Both the position numbers and the translations under genes were made by a program. A DNA stretch of 63,198 nt, the filler included, from an uncultured Methanosarcinales archaeon (GTDB lineage Archaea; Nanobdellota; Nanobdellia; Woesearchaeales; JACPBV01), in the NCBI GenBank assembly GCA_964492935.1. It is 3 parts of 3 records of this genome, joined end to end, with 100 filler letters (N's around TTAATTAATTAA, not from the genome) between each part and the next. Parts side by side here need not be neighbours in the genome. Positions count along the whole stretch, not along the records: positions 49,796 to 63,198 come from CAZBLF010000030.1; 2 more parts are not named here. One strand, given 5' to 3'. Under the pieces are notes generated by a model that was not told where the DNA came from, made no database searches, and saw nothing but the letters and a program-made list of their open reading frames with translations. Within the stretch, counting starts at the first letter, position 1; the number at the start of each line of letters is the position of its first letter. This document shows positions 56,609 through 63,198 of the stretch, piece by piece.

Positions 56609-58150
56609 TTAATGTCTAAACAATCTGATATCGGTAAAGACCATAGCCATGTCGTGCTCGTTACAGGCGTCGATGACTTCTTGATCGCGAATGGAGCCGC
56701 CGGGTTGGATGATCGCTTTAATGCCTGCTTTATGGGCTTCGTCTACTCCATCTCTAAACGGGAAGAAGGCGTCGCTTGACAATACTCCATTGTTTGCTCT
56801 CTTATTTGCTTTTCTTTTGGCGATGATGGTTGAATCTACACGGGACATCTGGCCTACTCCTAATCCATAGGCTGTTTTGTCTTTACAGAAGATTACTGAA
56901 TTAGATTTTGTATGTTTATTTACTTTCCAGGCAAACTTAAGGTCTTCTAATTCTTTTTTTGTGGGCTTTCGTTTTGTTGCCGTTTCTAATTTGATGACGT
57001 CTACATCTGGCCAGTTTCTGGTTTGGATTAAGGTGCCGCCCGTTACTTTCTTTAGATTGTAGCCGAGGTTTGATTTGGTTAATTTGCCCGTCTCAATCAT
57101 TCTGAGCTTTTTCTTGTTTTCTTTGAGATATTCTAGTGCTGATTTTTCGAATTCTGTAGCTATTAGGACTTCAACGAATTTCTTTTTTGTTGCTTTCGCA
57201 ATGTCTAGCGTGCATTTTCCGTTTATTGCGATGATGCAGCCGTATGCGCTTAATGGATCTACGTTATAGGCATCTTCGAATGCCTGTTTGATGGTGTTTC
57301 TTTCTGCGACACCACAGGGATTGGCGTGCTTCATGACTACACAGGCTGGATTTTTGAATTCCTTTACCAATTCGAGTGCTGCATCCGCATCTAGGATGTT
57401 GTTGTAGCTTAATTCCTTTGTCCCGTGCATTACTGCATTTGCGATGCAGGTTTCCTGGATGAATTCATCTCTATAGAATGCTCCTCGTTGGTGAGGGTTT
57501 TCCCCATAGCGTAGATCTTGAGCTTTTAGGAAGGAGAGGTTGATAATTGAGGGGAATCTGTTTTCGTCTTGTGCTGTTGAGAGATAATCTCCAATGAGTG
57601 CGTCATATCTAGCGGTGTGTTTGAAGGCTCGCGTTGCGAGTTTTCTTCTGTAATTTTCCTTGAAGGGTAGTTTTTCTTTAAGATGGTGGAGAATACTATT
57701 GTATTCGTTGGGATCGGTTGCTACGATGACCTCTCGATAATTCTTGGCTGCGGATCTAATTAATGTTGGACCGCCAATATCGATATGTTCTATCGCTTGC
57801 TCGTGCTTTACGGTCTTTACCGAGATTGTTTCTTTGAATGGGTAGAGATTGGCTACTACTAGATCTATTAGTGTGATTCCATGCTTTTTTGATTGTGCAA
57901 GGTGTTCTTTATTATCTCTTAGTGCTAGAATTCCACCGTGTACCTTAGGGTGTAGGGTTTTAATTCTTCCATCCATCATTTCGGGGAAACCGGTGTAGTC
58001 GGAGACGTCCTGTACCTTTATCTTATGTTCTCTCAGTAATTTAGCAGTTCCGCCTGAAGAAAGAATGTTAATCTTTAGAGTAGCAAGCCCCTTCGCAAAC
58101 TCTACGATGCCTTCCTTGTTGGAGACAGAGATAAGGGCTGTTTTCACCAT
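56609..58150 (-). CDS. purH: Bifunctional AICAR transformylase/IMP cyclohydrolase, bacterial type
   Basis: ALISVSNK, GRIKTLHP, IDIGGPTLIRSAAKN, LRYGENPHQ, KHANPCG, SDAFFPF, IIQPGGS, RLFRH. Confidence 0.97.
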   Translation of the reverse strand: MVKTALISVSNKEGIVEFAKGLATLKINILSSGGTAKLLREHKIKVQDVSDYTGFPEMMDGRIKTLHPKVHGGILALRDNKEHLAQSKKHGITLIDLVVANLYPFKETISVKTVKHEQAIEHIDIGGPTLIRSAAKNYREVIVATDPNEYNSILHHLKEKLPFKENYRRKLATRAFKHTARYDALIGDYLSTAQDENRFPSIINLSFLKAQDLRYGENPHQRGAFYRDEFIQETCIANAVMHGTKELSYNNILDADAALELVKEFKNPACVVMKHANPCGVAERNTIKQAFEDAYNVDPLSAYGCIIAINGKCTLDIAKATKKKFVEVLIATEFEKSALEYLKENKKKLRMIETGKLTKSNLGYNLKKVTGGTLIQTRNWPDVDVIKLETATKRKPTKKELEDLKFAWKVNKHTKSNSVIFCKDKTAYGLGVGQMSRVDSTIIAKRKANKRANNGVLSSDAFFPFRDGVDEAHKAGIKAIIQPGGSIRDQEVIDACNEHDMAMVFTDIRLFRH

Positions 58151-58252
58151 TGATTTCAATTTACGTGGGTTTTGGTGCATTTAAATAGTTTTTGGAATGG
58201 GCCGATATCCTTGTAAACGCAGCCTTTAAAAATTTGGGAATTTCTCAAATGT

Positions 58253-59005
58253 ATGATTCGTAAGACGTTTTCTTTTTTACCTGGGATTGAAGCTAAAACT
58301 GAGGCTTCTTTGAACTTGCAAGGGATTAACGATTGGCATGATTTTTTGAATTCTTCTTCTGTAACGGGGATGAGTTCTAAGCGGAAGTCGTTTTATGATA
58401 GAAAATTGGCCGAGGCAGGTAATGAGTTGAAATATGGGAATGCTGCTTATTTTGCTTCTTCATTGAAGATTGATGACCACTGGAGGTTGTATGATCACTT
58501 TAAGGATGAGGCTTGCTTTTTGGATATTGAGACTACTGGTTTAAGTCATCAGTCTTCTGTTACGGTTGTTGGGTTGTTTGATGGGTTTAAGACGAAGTCG
58601 ATGATTCGTGGAATTAATTTGGATGTTGATGCGTTGAAGGAGGAATTATCTCGGTATAAGATGTTGGTTACGTTTAATGGCTCTGTGTTCGATGTTCCTT
58701 TTCTTGAACGTCGGTTTCCCGGTTTAGTTCCTGCAATACCGCACATGGACTTGCGGTTTGTGTGCAAGAAGGTTGGTTTAGTTGGAGGGTTGAAGGCAAT
58801 TGAGAAGGAGATGGGTATTTCTCGTGGCGATATTGTTGGTGACATGAGTGGAGGTGATGCTGTTACTCTTTGGCGGATGTATCGTTCGACGGGTGATGAT
58901 CATTATCTGAATTTGCTGGTTGAGTATAATGAAGAAGATGTTGTGAATTTGAAAAGAATTGCGGATACGGTGTATGGTAAGTTGAGTACTAGTTATGGAT
59001 CCTAA
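58253..59005 (+). CDS. RNase H-like (YprB/DnaQ-like) exonuclease
   Basis: FLDIETTGL, VTFNG..FDVPFL, HMDL, GGLKAIEK, YNEEDV. Confidence 0.9.
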   Translation: MIRKTFSFLPGIEAKTEASLNLQGINDWHDFLNSSSVTGMSSKRKSFYDRKLAEAGNELKYGNAAYFASSLKIDDHWRLYDHFKDEACFLDIETTGLSHQSSVTVVGLFDGFKTKSMIRGINLDVDALKEELSRYKMLVTFNGSVFDVPFLERRFPGLVPAIPHMDLRFVCKKVGLVGGLKAIEKEMGISRGDIVGDMSGGDAVTLWRMYRSTGDDHYLNLLVEYNEEDVVNLKRIADTVYGKLSTSYGS

Positions 59006-59501
59006 CTTCATATTTCTCTGCTAATTCAGCTAATGCAGGCCTATTCTCTTCTGTTGCGATTACTAGTGTGGGTTGAAGTTCATCTGGTCTTGATTCCGCT
59101 TGTCTCATATGTCTACGTAGTCCTCTAGCAATAAGATTGGACTCTCCACCGAGGACTGTTACGAACTTAAAGCGAGAGGTTTCGTTTTCATTGAGTTGTT
59201 TGTACGTATATAGGCCATCACCTTCCGCTAACAGAACCATTTGATACTCAGTGAGTCGGTGTTGTGAAGTTAGACCTAAATCAGTAAGAAGTTTTGTTAG
59301 CTCTTGAGCGGTTACTTCTGGATGACATTTAGTTGTTTCTTTGAGATTTTCTAACGTTTTGAGATAGTGTTCCCGATTTATCCTGTCCCTAGGATTTTTT
59401 GCGAATTCGTCACTATAGTCTACTCCCAGGGGTTGCTTAGTTTCTGCAATACTCTCCAATTCCACTTGTGGAGGTTTTTCTGCTATATATGCTTCAATCA
59501 T
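58989..59501 (-). CDS. Hypothetical protein
   Basis: 170-aa ORF with a TATA box upstream. Confidence 0.6.
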   Translation of the reverse strand: MIEAYIAEKPPQVELESIAETKQPLGVDYSDEFAKNPRDRINREHYLKTLENLKETTKCHPEVTAQELTKLLTDLGLTSQHRLTEYQMVLLAEGDGLYTYKQLNENETSRFKFVTVLGGESNLIARGLRRHMRQAESRPDELQPTLVIATEENRPALAELAEKYEVRIHN

Positions 59502-59570
59502 ACTGCTTTAGAGTGCATCTTTATTTATAAATGTTCCCTTAATTAGTACTTATAAGTAGTTACTTTTGAC

Positions 59571-60140
59571 CTACTTAGAGAATTTCTTCAAAACTTCTAC
59601 AAAGCCTTCGCCTTCTAGTTTTTGGACTTTTGCTTTGAGGGATTCGGCAGTTTCTTCGGGTTCGATTTCGCATTTCTTTTGTAGTATGATCTCGCCGGTG
59701 TCGACGCCTGCATCTACGTAGTGGATGGTCATGCCGGACTCTTTTTCATCTGAATCTAGGACTGCTTGATGGACATTGAGATCCATATTTGCGGCGAACT
59801 TGGGTAATAATGAGGGATGGACATTGAGAATTTTTCTTTTCCAGGTGGTTACAAATTCTTTTGAGAGGATTTTCATGTAGCCAATTAGGAGGATGAGTTC
59901 TACTTTCTTTTCTTGTAGTATTTTGGAGATTTCTTGATCGTAGGCTTCCTTTTCTTTGTCTTTTGGTGAAAGGTGAAGTGCTTCGATATCGTGGTTTGAG
60001 GCTAGCTCTAGGATGCCTGAATGTTCTTTGTTGCTGATGACTACTGCCACTTCGATGTTCTTTAATCTGTCATCTTCGATGGCATCTATGATGTATTGTA
60101 GGTCGGTGCCTTTCGTTGAACCAAGGATTGCTATTTTCAT
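59571..60140 (-). CDS. purN: Phosphoribosylglycinamide formyltransferase
   Basis: GSTKGTDLQ, GYMKIL, LNVHPSLLP, SGMTIHYVDAGVDTGEII. Confidence 0.95.
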   Translation of the reverse strand: MKIAILGSTKGTDLQYIIDAIEDDRLKNIEVAVVISNKEHSGILELASNHDIEALHLSPKDKEKEAYDQEISKILQEKKVELILLIGYMKILSKEFVTTWKRKILNVHPSLLPKFAANMDLNVHQAVLDSDEKESGMTIHYVDAGVDTGEIILQKKCEIEPEETAESLKAKVQKLEGEGFVEVLKKFSK

Positions 60141-60982
60141 GCCATATCCCTCTGTAACGCTAGACAGATTAAAGTGTTTTCTAATAATGAAGTGATGGTC
60201 ATTGGGCCTACGCCGCCGGGTACGGGTGTGATGAAGCCGGCTACGTCTTGGACTTCTTCGAAGTCTACGTCGCCTACAAGGGTATCATAGACTTTGTTGA
60301 TTCCGACGTCTATGACGATTGCACCGGGTTTTACCATTTCTTTTGTTATCATTTTTGGTTTTCCTACTGCGACTACTAGGATATCTGCTTGTTTTGTGAT
60401 GGATTCTAGATGTGCTGTTTTGGAGTGGCAGATGGTTACGGTGCAGTTTTCTTGTAGTAAGAGTGTTGCAACTGCTTTTCCTACATGTGGTGAGCGGCCT
60501 AGAATTACTGCGTGCTTGCTTGGGAGGTCTTGTTTTGTGCTTTTGATAAGGGTGATGATGCCTTTGGGGGTTGCAGGTACTAATCTATTGTCATCGCTGA
60601 ACATGGATCCTAGGTTGACTGGATTGAATCCGTCTGCGTCCTTGTAGGGGAGAATTGCATCGATTATGAGTTGTTTGTTGAGGTGTTTTGGTAATGGTAG
60701 TTGCACAATCATGCCGTTGATTTTTGGATCTTGGTTTAATTCCTGAATAGTATCTAGAAGCTCTCCTACCGTAACGTTTTCATCCATTCGTCTTACGTCT
60801 GAGTGGAAGCCGACTTCTTCACAGGCTTTGATTTTGTTTTTTACGTAAATATGGGATGCGGGATCTTCTCCCACTAGAACAACGGCGAGGCCAGGTTGGG
60901 TTGGTAGTTCTTTAACACGCTGTTTGATCTGTTTTCTGATAGATGCGGCAATGGCTCGGCCATCGATGAGGGTTGCAGTCAT
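60137..60982 (-). CDS. folD: Methylene-THF dehydrogenase/cyclohydrolase
   Basis: IDGRAIA, YVKNK, VQLPLP, KDADG, DVGIN, GDVDF, TPVPGGVGPMT. Confidence 0.97.
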   Translation of the reverse strand: MTATLIDGRAIAASIRKQIKQRVKELPTQPGLAVVLVGEDPASHIYVKNKIKACEEVGFHSDVRRMDENVTVGELLDTIQELNQDPKINGMIVQLPLPKHLNKQLIIDAILPYKDADGFNPVNLGSMFSDDNRLVPATPKGIITLIKSTKQDLPSKHAVILGRSPHVGKAVATLLLQENCTVTICHSKTAHLESITKQADILVVAVGKPKMITKEMVKPGAIVIDVGINKVYDTLVGDVDFEEVQDVAGFITPVPGGVGPMTITSLLENTLICLALQRDMA

Positions 60983-62289
60983 TGTAAGATTCCCATACCA
61001 GGATAGATGGGGAATTTTTTAACGAGTTCTTTGATTTCTTGGTTGATGGATTCTAATTTTGCTTTGTCTTCGTAGTTGTCGATGACTTTCGCTATGCTTT
61101 CTCCGATGACTTTCATTTCGGATTGTTTCATGCCTCTCGTTGTGACGGCAGGCGTTCCTAGTCTTAATCCTGAAGGGTTGAATGGTGATGCTTCGTCGAA
61201 CGGTACTGAGTTTTTGTTTAGGGTAATTCCGGCTGCGTCCATTGCGTTTTGGAGCTCCTTACCTTTGCCCGTTAATCCTTTCGGGCGCATATCAATAAGA
61301 ATAAGATGATTGTCGGTGCCATCTGTTACTAGTTTGATGCCTTTATCCATTAGTGTGTCGGCAAGTACTTTCGCATTCTTGACGATTTGCTTTGCATATG
61401 TTTTGAAGTCGGGTTGTAGCGCTTCTTGGAAGGCGACTGCTTTTGCTGCGGTGATGTGATCGTGCGGTCCTCCTTGTAATCCGGGGAACACGGCTGAGTC
61501 GATGAGCTTTGCTAGGTTTTTCTTGGACGCTTTATGATAGAGATCGTGGAATTTGTCTTCTTCCTTGCACATGATCATTGCTGAACGTGGGCCACGTAAT
61601 GTTTTGTGAGTGGTTGTGGTGACGACATCTGCTAACTTAACGGGTGATTCGTGGGCACCGCCAGCTATCAATCCTGCGATGTGTGAGATATCGGCGAAAT
61701 GGTACGCATCGACTTCGTCACAGACCTCTTGGAAGCCTTTGAAGTCTAGTTTTCTTGGGTATGCCGTTAAACTTGAGATAATCATCTTTGGTTTTGCTAC
61801 TTTGGCTTGTCGTTTTACTTCATCGAGGTCGATCATCTCTGTTTTCTTGTCGACGTAGTAGGAAGTGCAGTTGTAGTGCTTTCCGGAGAAGTTGACGGGT
61901 GAACCATGCGTCAGGTGGCCGCCACAGTTAAGGTCGAGACCCATGAAGTTGTCTTTTAATTCTAGTAAGGCGAAAAAGACGGCTTGGTTTGCAGGTGAGC
62001 CGGAATACGGCTGTACATTGACGTGTTCGGCACCGAAGAGTTTCTTTGCTCGTTCGATTGCGAGTTCTTCGACGTCATCGACGAACTCCTGGCCGCCATA
62101 GTATCTCTTTCTCGGATAGCCTTCTGAGTATTTATTGGTGAAGACAGAACCAATGGCTTGGAGTACTGCTTTAGAAACGAAGTTTTCAGAGGGAATTAAT
62201 TCTACTCCTTCTTCGATGCGTTTGGCTTCATTATCGATGATAGCAGAAACTGCGGGATCTTTGTCCTGGATATTTTGCATAAAATCCAT
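60979..62289 (-). CDS. glyA: Serine hydroxymethyltransferase
   Basis: LIPSEN, NKYSEGYP..RYYGG, GGHLTHG, TTTTHKTLRGPR, FPGLQGGP, SGLRLGT. Confidence 0.97.
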   Translation of the reverse strand: MDFMQNIQDKDPAVSAIIDNEAKRIEEGVELIPSENFVSKAVLQAIGSVFTNKYSEGYPRKRYYGGQEFVDDVEELAIERAKKLFGAEHVNVQPYSGSPANQAVFFALLELKDNFMGLDLNCGGHLTHGSPVNFSGKHYNCTSYYVDKKTEMIDLDEVKRQAKVAKPKMIISSLTAYPRKLDFKGFQEVCDEVDAYHFADISHIAGLIAGGAHESPVKLADVVTTTTHKTLRGPRSAMIMCKEEDKFHDLYHKASKKNLAKLIDSAVFPGLQGGPHDHITAAKAVAFQEALQPDFKTYAKQIVKNAKVLADTLMDKGIKLVTDGTDNHLILIDMRPKGLTGKGKELQNAMDAAGITLNKNSVPFDEASPFNPSGLRLGTPAVTTRGMKQSEMKVIGESIAKVIDNYEDKAKLESINQEIKELVKKFPIYPGMGILQ

Positions 62290-62377
62290 TTTATAAAAAA
62301 TATGGATTGTGGTCAGTTTAAATAGTTTTCGTGTGAGCAACTGGTACTTTTTTATAGACTGAGGATTTAGCAGTTGT

Positions 62378-63181
62378 ATGGGGGAACAGGTTGAGGTTTC
62401 TGAGGATAAGCTGATTGAGTTAGTGTTGGAACTGAAAAAGCAGCGGAATGCGGTTATTTTGGTGCACAACTATCAGGATCCTGTTATGTTTAAGATTGCG
62501 GATTTCGTTGGAGATTCTCTTGGTTTGAGTAAAAAGGCGATGGAAACAGATGCAGATGTTATTTTGTTTTGCGGTGTGAAGTTTATGGCGGAAACGGCTA
62601 AGATTTTGAATCCTTCTAAGAAAGTGTTATTGCCTCCATTTGCGGCTGGATGTTCGTTGGCGGATATGGCTACGGTTTCGCAATTGGAGGCTGTTAAGTT
62701 GAAACATCCTAATGCTGCGGTTGTTTCTTATGTGAACACTAATGCTGATATTAAGGCGTTATCTGATATGTGTTGTACTTCATCGAATGCGGTTGATGTG
62801 GTTAATTCAGTGGATGCTGATGAGGTCATCTTTCTTCCGGATAAGAATTTGGGTCGTTATGTGCAATCGCAGACTTCTAAAAAGATCATTCTTTGGGATG
62901 GGCACTGTTTTGTGCACGATAAGTTGGATGCTGAAACTCTTCGTCGCGTTAAATTAGAGCATCCTGGTGCTAAGGTGATTGCGCATCCTGAAGCGCGGAG
63001 TGAATTGCTTGCGGAGGCGGATCATGTGTGTGGTACGGGTGGAATGGCAGACTTTGCAAACTCTAATGGTACTTCGGATTTTATTGTGGTGACGGAATGT
63101 GGGATGACTTCTCGATTGCAGGAGGAGTTGCCGGAGCAGAATTTTTACTCGTTTTGCAATGTGTGTCCGTTTATGAAGTAG
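62378..63181 (+). CDS. nadA: Quinolinate synthase NadA, with a probably premature TAG
   Basis: HNYQ, GDSL, FCGVKFMAET, AGCSLA, YVNT, TSSNA, PDKNLG, CFVH, AHPE, CPFMK; all three Fe-S Cys present. Confidence 0.92.
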   Translation: MGEQVEVSEDKLIELVLELKKQRNAVILVHNYQDPVMFKIADFVGDSLGLSKKAMETDADVILFCGVKFMAETAKILNPSKKVLLPPFAAGCSLADMATVSQLEAVKLKHPNAAVVSYVNTNADIKALSDMCCTSSNAVDVVNSVDADEVIFLPDKNLGRYVQSQTSKKIILWDGHCFVHDKLDAETLRRVKLEHPGAKVIAHPEARSELLAEADHVCGTGGMADFANSNGTSDFIVVTECGMTSRLQEELPEQNFYSFCNVCPFMK

Positions 63182-63198
63182 AACTCTCTTCGTTTGGT

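Noticed and set aside
10367..61858. Many antisense or alternative-frame ORFs in the track (e.g. 10367-10846, 21221-21703, 35240-36004, 45500-45964, 50818-51519)
   Set aside because: They are shadows of well-supported genes and have no motifs of their own.
53670..63181. Genome-wide TAG reassignment suggested by two premature-looking TAG codons
   Set aside because: Conserved genes end correctly on TAG, and the 53670 case needs a frameshift, not readthrough.

Overview
The window looks like a small-genome DPANN archaeon, probably Woesearchaeota/Pacearchaeota-like. That call rests on archaeal GatE, Bud32, RPA, AK6, an intron-containing tRNA and TATA-led near-leaderless genes. Three contigs are joined by artificial N44-TTAATTAATTAA-N44 linkers (25337-25436 and 49696-49795), so gene order across the linkers means nothing. 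Contig 1 holds RDD/sppA, a tnpA-only IS200/IS605 element, an unannotated RHH micro-gene plus a 1193-aa surface subtilase, a short AlaRS, Bud32, tRNA-Gln(UUG) with a D-loop intron overlapped by a free-standing LAGLIDADG endonuclease, gatE, sufBD-DUF59-C, a class I aldolase and bacterial-type coaD/coaE. Contig 2 holds RPA and a ~14.3 kb minus-strand array of 17 ORFs with class III (type IV pilin-like) signal peptides. The array includes tandem small pilins, a pilin-like protein fused to an N-acetylmuramoyl-L-alanine amidase (Amidase_3) with all Zn/catalytic residues intact, and a ~1383-aa pilin-like giant with hydrophobic hairpins. This array is the main candidate for an undescribed system: an archaeal pilus-like apparatus with a peptidoglycan hydrolase, possibly aimed at bacteria. 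Contig 3 holds pyrK/pyrD, an orphan-gene block containing a 134-bp MITE with an 8-bp target duplication, purH, purN, folD, glyA, and nadA with a probably premature stop. All calls come from reading motifs by eye; no database searches were run.
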